64,000 nucleotides of DNA. It comes from Welwitschia mirabilis (lineage: Eukaryota). The notes under the pieces are model-generated. The model did not search any database and was not told where the DNA came from. It saw only the letters and a program-made list of their open reading frames with translations. Of the stretch, positions 13,801 to 25,690 are shown in pieces. Made by a program: the position numbers and the translations under genes. The DNA lies in assembly GCA_051453625.1 (NCBI GenBank), contig JBOZIK010000001.1:17378760-17442759 (forward strand), read 5' to 3'. Position 1 is the stretch's first letter; each line of letters opens with the position of its first letter.

Positions 13801-14925
13801 TACTTTTACACTATCAATTGCATTATTAATAGGATGATGAGGCCTAAAGAATTTAATGGAATAAGGATCAAAGTTGCAATATTGGTGGAAGATTTTATTG
13901 TGATGTATGTATTGAGTTAAGAGTATTAAGAAATTACAACTAGTTAGTTGGATATGTATGAAATTCTACTGATAGATAATATGTAGTGTAGTTTTTCAGT
14001 TCTATCCTTTTCCCTTTACCCCAATGAGATCATGGCAATCAACTATATTTGAAATTAATAATCAACTATGTCTGTCCCTATATTTTCTAGTTATGGTTTT
14101 CCCTTCTTTTCTATGCTGACTTATGATGAGAAGAGGAAAAATGATCATATAGTAATGGTTTTTATAACTTGCAATAGAATGGACATATATTCTCTCTCAA
14201 ACTTTACTTTTGTATTCATGTATTAGAAGAGTTAATAACTTTCCATTGTTTTCTTACTTTATTCTTACTTTTTTCTTAAGCACTTTTAATAACATTTGGT
14301 TAGTGTCATTCCTAGCTATTATATAGTATTATCTATTCTTGCAGACAATCCATTTTTTTCATGCAAATGCCTTAGACTAGAACACTGATACTTGTAACTT
14401 AACTCTTGAAGGTTCTTACATTTCCACCCTACTCTCAGTTTTAGATAATCTTCTATAAAGAAATACTTAGAAAACTAAACCATAAGGCATTGGACAAGGC
14501 ATTGTCTTTTTCCTCTACTTTTAACTTATTTGATGATATCATGCATGATTTTTACTTCCATTTACCTTTGTATATTTTAATTATAAGACTATCTTTTTTA
14601 TAAAACATTGCTATTAGATGTTAAGAAATTAGGAAGACAAAGGAATTTGTTGCCCTCTTGTTCAAACTATGACAAGACTTTTCCAATTATACTTTAATAA
14701 CCTAAATATGGGGGTAGAAGCTATTTTAAAAACTTTTGGTTGGTTTGTGGCACCCTTCATGTTATTATGTATGAGGAAAAATATTTTTACTCTAGAAAGG
14801 CCTTAAATAGAATTTTGGATATTCCACTCTAATTTAATTAACATTTAGACTTCAAATAGATAATAATAAGTACTAGGTAAAATAAGTCAAGAATTTTTCT
14901 CCTTTTGGCTCTTCATAAGAGATCT

Positions 14926-15083
14926 TTAGCGAATATCTATTACCTTGAAGCTAGATATGTAGGCAGGCCTACTATGGTAGTTATAGCACTAAAATGCCTG
15001 GATGTTGAAGTTGCTGTGATGGACATCTTAACTACCTAGATTATTACTTAAAATAGTGACCAACTACCCTTTCATGAGACTAG
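14926..15083 (+). pseudogene. UGD: Duplicate 5' fragment of the UDP-glucose 6-dehydrogenase pseudogene
   Basis: Translates as [41 protein letters not shown], matching plant UGD [41 protein letters not shown]. Confidence 0.9.
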
Positions 15084-15675
15084 NNNNNNNNNNNNNNNNN
15101 NNNNNNNNNNNNNNNNNNNNNNNNNNNNNNNNNNNNNNNNNNNNNNNNNNNNNNNNNNNNNNNNNNNNNNNNNNNNNNNNNNNCTTAGTTCTAGATAATA
15201 TTCTATAAAAAAATACTTAGAAAACTAAACCACAAGGCATTGAACAAGGCATTGTCTTTTCCCTCTACTTTTGACTTATTTGATGATACCATGTATGATT
15301 TTTACTTCCATTTGCCTTTGTATATTTTACTTGTAAAACTACATTTTCTATAAAGCATTCCTATTAGATGCTAAAAAATTAGGAATCTAAAGGAATTTAT
15401 TGCCCTCTTGTCCAAACTATGATAAGACTTTTCCAATTATACTTTAATATCCTAAATATGTGGGTAGAAGATAATTTAAAAACTTTTGATCAGTTTGTGG
15501 TACCTTTCATGTTCTTATGTGTGAGGCAAAAGGTTTCTACTCCAAAAAGGCCTTAAATAAAATTTTGGATATTTCACTCTAATTGAATTAACATTTAGAC
15601 TTCAACTAGATAATAAGAAGTACTAGGTAAACCAAGTCAGGATTTTGCCTCCTTTTGGCTCTTCATAAGAGATCT

Positions 15676-17012
15676 TTAGTGAATATATATTACCTTGAAG
15701 CTGGATATGTAGGCAGGCCTACTATAAAAGTTATAGTACTAAAATGCCTAGATGTTGAAGTTGCTATGATGAACATCTCAACTGCCTAGATTATTACTTA
15801 AAATAGTGACAAACTACNNNNNNNNNNTATTTTTTAGCTCAGATATGAAGAAACATGTCATGAAAGGAAACATTATCTTTATTTCTATGAATACACCTAT
15901 AAAGACTAGAGGAATTAAAGCTGAAAAGGCTACTGATCTGACTTACTAGAAAAGTTCTGCAAGAATGACAACTAATATTTCAAAGTGTGATAAAATTATT
16001 GTTGAAAAATTGACTATTCTAGTGAAAATTACTAAGGCTACAGAAAAGATTTTAACTCACAACAGNNNNNNNNNNNGCTTTTAGATTTGTCAAATCCTAA
16101 ATTTCTTACCAAAGAAACTATGATCCAAGATCTTGTTAAGCCTAATGGGATTATAATTGGTGGTTGGAAAACTTCCAAATGTCAGAAGGCTACTAAGGCC
16201 TTAAAAGTTGATTATGTAAGGTAGGTTCCTAAGGATAGAATACTTGCTACAAATATGTGGTCTACTAAACTATTAAAACTTGTAGCAAATGCGTTCTTGT
16301 CCTAGAGAATTTCATTAGTGAATGTTATTTTAGCTCTTTACAAAGAAACTAAAGTAGATATTATGGAGGTTACTTATTCTATTGGTATGAACTCCAGAAT
16401 TAGCCCAAAGTTCTTAAATGCTAGCATTGGGTTTGGTGGATATTACTTCAAAAAGGATATACTAAACATTTTCTACCTCTATAAGTGCAATGATCTCATG
16501 GAAGTGGCAAACTATTGGAAATGGGTCATTAATATGAATGATTAGAAATAGACATGAATCATGTGGTTTCTTCAATGTTTAATATCATTTCTGGAAAGAA
16601 TATTATTGTTCTTATATTTGCATTCAAGAAGAACATTAGTGATACTAAAGAAGCTCCTACCATTGATGTTTGCAAGAGGATCCTTGGGGACAAGGCAAAC
16701 ATTAGTATTTATGATCCTTGATTAGGATCATCCGATACAACTACAGCCAGTGAGCCCATCATCTATCAAGTAAGTTAGTGTTGTATGGGATTCTTATAAA
16801 GAAACTAAAGATGCACATGATTTATGAATTTTAATAAAGTGGAATGAGTTTAAGAACTTATATTACTGGAAAGTATTTGATAACATGCAAAACACTGTAT
16901 TCATTTTTTATGGTCAGAACATTGTTAATGTGGAAAAGCTTAGGAACATTGGCTTTATTTCATTGGTAAGTCACTAAATCCATGGGTAAAATATCTTCCT
17001 ACAGTGGCATAT
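15676..17012 (+). pseudogene. UGD: UDP-glucose 6-dehydrogenase pseudogene, near full length
   Basis: Colinear with plant UGD from AGYVGRPT through NTPIKTRG, DKIIVEK, KLVANAFLS*RIS, SPKFLNASIGFGG..FKKDILN, FAFKKNISDTKEAPTIDVC to NIVNVEKLRNIGF..PWVKYLPTVA. It has no ATG, multiple stops and a deletion near 16718, and the catalytic GGSC is changed to GGYY. Confidence 0.95.
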
Positions 17013-18329
17013 GGATTTGAAATGGCTAGTCATTATGNNNNNNNNNNNNNNNNNNNNNNNNNNNNNNNNNNNNNNNNNNNNNNNNNNNNNNNNNNNNNNN
17101 NNNNNNNNNNNNNNNNNNNNNNNNNNNNNNNNNNNNNAAAAATTAAATGAATGTTCCCAAACTATAAAGTATAACAAGATTAAGAATAAAACTCCACAAG
17201 ATACAAGGAATCTCATAAAAGCTATGATACATAAAAGATGTTTTGGTCAATTCAAAAACTAACTAAAAATGATACATATGAACGAATAGCAAGGAAACTA
17301 CTAAATGATAAGGTTCTATGTAAAGATAAGAAAATGTAAATATAAATTTGAAATAATAAACTAAAAAAATTAAATAAAAGTAAAACAAAAATAAACATAA
17401 GAAAAAAGGAGTAGATTGCTTACCTATCCTAAATTCTAACCTAATAAACCCCTAAGAAAGACATTATAAAGTCACTTGAGTAAAAATGCATCATAAAATA
17501 TATAAACTCTATAAAGTTTCAATCAAAAAGGTAGTGATTATGGCAATGCTAAAACTTAAGTACTTAGAACAATGATGACAAGATCAAAAGCTATGCAAAA
17601 ATGAACTCATCTACTTATACCTCACAAGCACACCTAAATCCTTAAAATTGAAATGACCATGTGGGAATACTAAGATTTTATAAAATAAGTAATACTTATA
17701 ATAATACCAAGAATATTACATATCACATAATTTCAATGTTTATTACAACTTTATCCATTATGAGTGGAGTGCAACCATAATCAAATAAGTAAGAGATCAT
17801 GAAGCATGGCCAAAGAATCCCCTAGTGAAGTTCCCATAGCTATCAATACTACCAAAGGTTCCTCTCATAAAAATTTACTCTAGTATGATAGAATATTATG
17901 ATAACTATATATTTTATTTTAAGAATAAAATATAATAAATAATGGTTATTATTTATTTCTCTCTTCCTTTCTCTTTTTTCCCTAAAAAATTCCTAGATAA
18001 TCAATACTCAAAGAGATGAAGGTGAATAAGTGAGATCAAAGATAAAAAAGAATACTTCCAAATAATCAAAGACTTTATACCATTGAAAAAAAGGCACAAG
18101 AACTAAGACATCTTCCTTTAAAGTGAAGTTCATAGATATAAAAATATCTTAATATTGGGTGAGTTTAATCTTACCACTATAAAATACCCAAGTATGAATA
18201 CTAATCATGGAAAACATCATAAAGCAACACATAAACTTAGTTTAAAAGATGATTAAGTTACATCATAACATCCACCAAAGGAATAAGCTAATAAATAATT
18301 CAGATAATAATAGAATGAAAGTCCTTTTC

Positions 18330-20580
18330 ATCAAGGGAATCTTCCAAAATAAGTGCTTCTACCATGTTCATGGTTGCATCAAAAGATCCTTTGTATAGTT
18401 TTAACCATTATCTATTAACTTCCTAAATATCCTTAGTCTCTAAGTTTAAGGTTTTATATAAGATAAGGATCTAACCATTTAGAGGTCAACTTGTTATTCA
18501 AAAGATGTACTCTAGTGTTATATAAAAGGATGAGTTAACCAGGTTTAAAATTTTGTATGAAGTAATTTTTTATTATGTTTGAACTTAGCTTAGACTTTAT
18601 GGATTAATTGATGATGTATAGAAAGAGTGCTTTTTTTATCAAGGTGGTTTAATTAGGCTTATCTATGTTTAAGGTTTTTATAAAGGTCCACAAAATTAAG
18701 TTGATGAAAAGTACAAAAAGAGCTATAAAACACATCAATAGGTAAAACACAAACTTTTTCATACATAAATTGTTAAGGTCAAAAACTAAGAGAATCATAC
18801 CAAGGAGTATGGTAAGCCTAAAGAACATTGTTATGCTTATAAACCCAAGGTTTTTTATTAACATAAACAAGTTTTTACAACATTTTTTAATTTCTCTATT
18901 TGCATTTTTAGCCTATTCATTAGTCTAAGGATGATAAGGATAAGATACTCTATGTTATATTTCAATGGGAATAAGAAGTTTCCTAAAATGCTGATTAATA
19001 AAATGCATTTCTTAATTAATAAGGATAATCCTAGAAAAATCAAATCTCTAAAAAAATATGAGTTTTAAGAAAATGACAAATAGTTTAGACATCATTCAAA
19101 GAAGTCGAAATAATTTTAACCCATTTAGTCACATAATCTAAAACCATTAAAATGTAGTGTTTATCATGAAAAGGTGGGTGAAGAGGGCCTATAAAATTAA
19201 TACTTAAATAGTAAAAATAGTTACATTTAAGAATAGATCTAAGGATCATCTCCTGAGAATGAATATGGCTATTATAATTCTATCAAGAGTTATACCTTCT
19301 AGCAAAATCAAAAGAATCCTAAAAAAGAGTAAACCAATAAAAACTAGAATGAAGAATTTTCATAGTAATTTTCTATCCACTCAGTATTTTAAAATAAATC
19401 ATACTTATTAGCTACATTAATTAAAACTTATGCTATAAATTTCATCCTTTCATGCTAATCATGCCTCATTCTTCACTTAAATCTTAGAGTTTCTCCACTC
19501 ACTTGTATTCAATCTTTACAATGTCTTGTTACTTAATGCTTATAGAATATACTCCCACTCATTCTCCCATTATCGCTTTTAATGTTAAAAAGGTGAAACA
19601 TTACCTTTTTAACTTACATTATATGTAGATCTATATGTGCATTAGAAGTGTAGAACTCTAATTGCCATGTTTGAAAATGAGGTATGATACTCATTATATT
19701 ATCATTATAAATCAAATGTTGAGGTCTTAGATACTTTGAATACTTCATCACTGAAGCTAGCAGAGAAAACTTTGAAAATAGAATTATTCCTTCAATTTTT
19801 AATTCAATGATCCATCATTTAATAGCTAAGTATCTAAGGATTAGAATAGAAGAACTACATTGATAACTTAATGAAGGAAACTCAGCATACAATGTTTCCT
19901 TACACTACTAGAAATGTAGGCTTTTAAGGTATCNNNNNNNNNNNNNNNNNNNNNNNNNNNNNNNNNNNNNNNNNNNNNNNNNNNNNNNNNNNNNNNNNNN
20001 NNNNNNNNNNNNNNNNNNNNNNNNNNNNNNNNNAAGTTTTTACAACATGTTCTTAATTTCTCTCTTTGCATTTTTAGCCTATTTATTAGTCTAAGGATGA
20101 TAAAGATAAGATACTCTATGTTCTATTTCAATGAAAAAAAGAAGTTTCCTAAAATGCTGATTAATAAAGTGCATTTTTTAATTAATAAGGATAATCCTAG
20201 AAAAATCAAATCTCTAAAAAAATATGAGTTTAAGAAAATGACAAATAGTTTGAACATAATTCAAAGAAGTAGAAATAACTTTAACCCACCTAGTTACATG
20301 TTCTAAAATCATTAAAATGTAGTGTTTATCATGAAAATGTGGATGAAGAGCTTCTATATAATTAATACTCCAATAGTCAAAATGATTACATTTAAGAATA
20401 GATCTAAGGAGCATCTCCTAAGCATGAATATGGCTATCATAATGCTGTCAAGAATTATACCTTTTAGAAAAATCAAAAGAATCCTAAAAAAGAGTAGGCT
20501 AATAAAAACTAGAATGAAGAATTTTCATAGTAATTTTCTATCCACTCAATATCTTAAGACAAATCATACTTATTAGCTAC
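18330..20580 (-). mobile_element. Degenerate Athila-type integrase (part duplicated across the gap)
   Basis: KILHSSFY*PTLF*D (zinc-binding region), FDYWSINYIEALHPHFHDKHYILMILEHVTRWVKVI (rve core, cf. FDVWGIDFMGPFP..KYILVAVDYVSKWVEAI) and FKPG*LILLYNTRVHLLNNKLTSKWLDPY (C-terminal region). Confidence 0.9.
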
Positions 20581-21399
20581 ATTAAGTAAAACTTATGCTA
20601 TAAATTTCATCCTTTCATACAATCATGCATCATTCTTCACTTAAATATTAGAGTTCTCCACTCATTTGTATTCAATTCTTACTACGTCTTCTTATTTAAT
20701 GCTTATAGAATATACTCCCATTCATTCTCCCATTATCGCTTTTAATGTTAAGAAGGTGAAACATTACCTTTTTAACTTACATTCTATGTATATTGATATG
20801 TGCATTAGAAGCATAGAACTCTAATTTCTAGGATTGAAAATGAGGTATAATACTCATTATATTATCATTATAAATCAAATTTTGAGGTCTTAAATACTTT
20901 GAATACCTTCATCACTGAAGCTAGTAGATAATAATTTAAGAATAGGATCATTCCTTCAAGTTTTAATTCAATGATCCATCATTTAGTATCCAAGTATCTA
21001 AGGATTAGGATAGAAGAACTACATTGACAACTTAATTAAGGAAACTTAGCATACAATGTTTTCTTACACTACTAGAAATGTAGGATTTTAAGGTGTTTAT
21101 TTTAATAAATGCCTTATAACACATTTATTAAAATAAATTTATTTAAAAAAAGCTTATAAAAATCCTTAATTTTTTTTTAAATAAACACCTTGAAAAGCCA
21201 TTTTAAATTTATTCCCTGGCATTTATAAAAGAATGTCCTAATAATAAGATGTGTATTATATATTAAAGGGCTTAAAACTATGAGTATTTAAAGCATTTAT
21301 TCAAATTAATGTCTTAAATAATCAAAAAAATTTCTACATTTAAAAAAAAAGGCCTTAATCTTTCTAAGAGAACATCCACTTAATAAGATATTGTTAGCA

Positions 21400-24170
21400 T
21401 GCGACTTCTTCATCAAATACTAGTTTTGTATGAAATCATGCTTTATTAATAGAGTTTGCAAGGAGAAAGAATATGAAGGCTTCATTACTATGATTTTCAT
21501 CTTTTAGGTGGAGCAATAGCTTCTTAAAGTTTGTAATTAGATCTATGATTTAGAGGATTAATGTTATTCTCAGTTTTACATATTTAAAAANNNNNNNNNN
21601 NNNNNNNNNNNNNNNNNNNNNNNNNNNNNNNNNNNNNNNNNNNNNNNNNNNNNNNNNNNNNNNNNNNNNNNNNNNNNNNNNNNNNNNNNNNNNNNNNNNN
21701 NNNNNNNNNNNNNNNNNNNNNNNNNNNNNNNNNNNNNNNNNNNNNNNNNNNNNNNNNNNNNNNNNNNNNNNNNNNNNNNNNNNNNNNNNNNNNNNNNNNN
21801 NNNNNNNNNNNNNNNAAACAATCATGCTATGCTTGTTTTTGTTTACATCAAAGATCACAAATGATCTTTAACATGAATGACTTTATTATACTTTGGCAAG
21901 ATTGAAGAAGTTTAATGGTGCTTTTGATTTCTCATTTGATAACTTTATTAAAGTCTCTTAATAATTTAGAGAATGCTTAACTTTATTTCTTTCTTCCTTA
22001 TAAATTACTACTTTTAGAATAGATAGTAGGGGAGATGCATATTTTATAGAATTAAGAATGTCTACATTAAAACTCATATTTAGAGGCCATGATGTTTTTG
22101 ATGTTTCAACTTGTTTGAATGATTTTACTAAATTATTTCACTGCTCTCATTATCACTTATTGAAAACCAAAATAAATGAGGAAGGTAAAGATGAAAATGG
22201 AGATGGATTTATAGTCACTTCATAGGTTATATTTACTCCTCAAGTTTTGCTACCTACTTTTAAGCTTCTACTACTCTCATTATTATCAAATTCCTTCACT
22301 CACCAGCCTTTCTTCATGTACATCTTCATCCTTATCCTTAGGTATGTATGAATTTAACTCAATCCTATCTTTAATGGGAGGTTCCTGAATCCCTTTCATG
22401 ATAAATAAATCCTTTATTTTCATGAATTTTTATATGCATAGTTTGTTTATTAGAATTCAGATAAGAGATGGCATTAGTTGAAGATCAAACTCCAACATAA
22501 ATTCAAGGTAGATATCACTCTCCATAATCAAATGAATGCCTAATGCATTAGATAAAACAATTTTTTCTGATACATAAATTAGTAGAACAATTTGGATTGT
22601 TTCATTCTATAAATTAGATTCAAAAAATAATTTTAGTTCATAATTGAAAAAGAAATTATATAAAAATGCCAACTCTTTNNNNNNNNNNNNNNNNNNNNNN
22701 NNNNNNNNNNNNNNNNNNNNNNNNNNNNNNNNNNNNNNNNNNNNNNNNNNNNNNNNNNNNNNNNNNNNNNNNNNNNNNNNNNNNNNNNNNNNNNNNNNNN
22801 NNNNNNNNNNNNNNNNNNNNNNNNNNNNNNNNNNNNNNNNNNNNNNNNNNNNNNNNNNNNNNNNNNNNNNNNNNNNNNNNNNNNNNNNNNNNNNNNNNNN
22901 NNNNNNNNNNNNNNNNNNNNNNNNNNNNNNNNNNNNNNNNNNNNNNNNNNNNNNNNNNNNNNNNNNNNNNNNNNNNNNNNNNNNNNNNNNNNNNNNNNNN
23001 NNNNNNNNNNNNNNNNNNNNNNNNNNNNNNNNNNNNNNNNNNNNNNNNNNNNNNNNNNNNNNNNNNNNNNNNNNNNNNNNNNNNNNNNNNNNNNNNNNNN
23101 NNNNNNNNNNNNNNNNNNNNNNNNNNNNNNNNNNNNNNNNNNNNNNNNNNNNNNNNNNNNNNNNNNNNNNNNNNNNNNNNNNNNNNNNNNNNNNNNNNNN
23201 NNNNNNNNNNNNNNNNNNNNNNNNNNNNNNNNNNNNNNNNNNNNNNNNNNNNNNNNNNNNNNNNNNNNNNNNNNNNNNNNNNNNNNNNNNNNNNNNNNNN
23301 NNNNNNNNNNNNNNNNNNNNNNNNNNNNNNNNNNNNNNNNNNNNNNNNNNNNNNNNNNNNNNNNNNNNNNNNNNNNNNNNNNNNNNNNNNNNNNNNNNNN
23401 NNNNNNNNNNNNNNNNNNNNNNNNNNNNNNNNNNNNNNNNNNNNNNNNNNNNNNNNNNNNNNNNNNNNNNNNNNNNNNNNNNNNNNNNNNNNNNNNNNNN
23501 NNNNNNNNNNNNNNNNNNNNNNNNNNNNTCATATCATCATCCTCTGACTTATTATTAAATGTCTATATGTTGTATGCTTCTTTCACATTTTTAACTAAAC
23601 TACTTTTAGCATCAAAGAAAATGTTAGACCAACCCTAAAATTTCTCAAAGTCTCTTTACATTATGATGTTAACAACATTTAATACTAAAGAGTAGTAAAT
23701 AATTAGTCTTAACTAGAGTGAAAAAGATTCTACATTCCACAAAAAAGACTATAGATCAACTTATGTGTAATGTTGTAAATATAACTCCATGGAAAGATGA
23801 TAATTATTTCATACTATATTTTTGAGCATGAAATCTTTACATTTGAATATTCTACACAAGGTTTCTTCTCATAAAAAAATAAAACTTTGTAGTCCACATT
23901 TTTACAACATAGTAGAATATTAGTTTCTATAACTACAATGCTTGTAGAATAAGGGAAGTAAAGATGAATGTATTTATGGGTCTTCATCCATATCTGTGTT
24001 TTCCAAAGTGTTTTTCTAATACTCCAACACTTTGAGCAACCCTACAAAATTTTACAAATGTGGTTAATATAAATAATTCATTATTGTAATATGTACACTG
24101 AGGGTTCTCTATTGAAGTCCTAGTCTGCAACTTGTATTTCAAATGGCACTTGGTATACTATGCTTCTTTC
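21400..24170 (-). pseudogene. CACTA TnpD/TNP2-like transposase remnants
   Basis: Heavily decayed pieces in the expected order: PQCTYYNNEF..ICKIL (transposase-associated domain), LRNFRVGL (cf. PRNVRLGL), ILNS..ETLIKL, FDVNKNKHSMIV and NEAFI (DUF4216-like end). Confidence 0.55.
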
Positions 24171-24699
24171 TTTAGAATAGGTTTCTTTCTTCTCTATAAA
24201 TGTGATAACTTGGTAAAAGAATAAATAAAAAGAACATATCTAGTATTTTTTAAATTTCACTAAGACATCCTTCAAAAATGGTAGGCAGATGATTTAGGCA
24301 ATGCAAATGACATTAGCTAGATGCTCTTTATGCTTCTTCCATCAACTAATATATTGACAACATTTTAATAAAGAACTTAATCAACATACCAATGAAAAAG
24401 TAACATTCATATAGTATAAATATTTGTATATTCCTTATAGTTAAGTTATTCTTAATAGCGAAACTAATTTAAACTAGTAATTCCAATAACTTACACATAA
24501 GAGAAATTGTTTCAAATCTTGAAGATGATCATATTTAGTAAATCACACAAAAGAAAATAATAGAAATACATTAATATATATAATTGTTTGATAAATATTG
24601 TAGTAACATGTAAATCCAAGAAAAAGTTTTAGAAATAAAATAGATAAAAGTTAATCAATATTTAAGCTAATGACTTTGGATGAACTCAATAAATTACTC

Positions 24700-25690
24700 C
24701 CTTTTCTCCTTCACTCAGAATATTATAGGTTTTCTTTTTTTCTATTTTTTTCTAACCTTTTTTTTGTCCTTTCTATATGTTTATCTTTATAGCATTCAAT
24801 TCTGAGTTCTAGTTGTGGGATATCCTCCTCTCACTTTTTGCTACCTTTCCCTAATCAAATATTTAATTTTTTTTGTTTTTGGCCTCATTCTCTCTAAAGG
24901 CATCTTGTTATAGCATTCCCTTATAATATATTTAGTTGAGCAAGTCGAAGATGAGGAGGAAGTAGTTGTCACTGATGATTTTGAAGTATCTAAATCTACT
25001 ATATTAGAAGTAGGCAATGCAGGTGTAGAAGATTCTACAATAACTATTTCTTATTTTGTGCTATAGNNNNNNNNNNNNNNNNNNNNNNNNNNNNNNNNNN
25101 NNNNNNNNNNNNNNNNNNNNNNNNNNNNNNNNNNNNNNNNNNNNNNNNNNNNNNNNNNNNNNNNNNTTCATTTCATAATCTCTCTTCTAGGTTTTCTTTT
25201 TTTCTATTTTTTGCCAAACTTTTTTGTGTCCTTTCTATATAGCTTTATAGTATTTAATTCTGAGTTCTAGTTGTGGGATATCCTCCTCTGATTTTTTGCT
25301 ACCTTTCCCTAGTTGAATCTTTACTTTTTTTTGTTTTTGGCCTCACTCTTTCTGAAGGCATCTTGTTATAGCATTCCCTTGTAATAGATTTACTTAAGCA
25401 ATTCGAAGATGAGGAGGAAGTAGTTGTCACTGATGATTTTGATGTATCTAAATCTATTATATTAGAAGTAGGCAACGCAGGTGCAGAAGATGCTACAATA
25501 ACTATTTCTTAGTTTGTGCTATAGCTTATCTTGTTGCTATAGTTCTTCTTTTTTTGCTGAAATGCAACTATAAATGCCATTTCCATAATCATTGCAATGC
25601 AAAGGGATTTTATTGAAATTCTTTTCTTTTCTTGACTTTTATGATAAAAGACTCTATTATTTACTCTATACTTATTCATTTCAATCTATA
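24700..25690 (-). pseudogene. Unassigned decayed ORF (hydrophobic stretch, Ser/Thr-rich tract, basic tail); 5' part duplicated at 26459-26580
   Basis: MDKYRVNNRGFYHKNQEKKSIAIKSLCIAMMTGMAFAVAF then EIVIVASSAPALPTSNNIDLDTSKSSVTTTSSSSS..RECYNKMP, with GT..AG intron-like segments upstream. No family recognised. Confidence 0.3.

Noticed and set aside
16318-16545. 75-aa ORF as a functional gene
   Set aside because: It is a stop-free window within the UGD pseudogene.
15676-17012. UGD as a processed retrocopy
   Set aside because: Plant UGD coding regions are normally intronless and no poly(A) tail or TSD is visible, so the lack of introns is uninformative.
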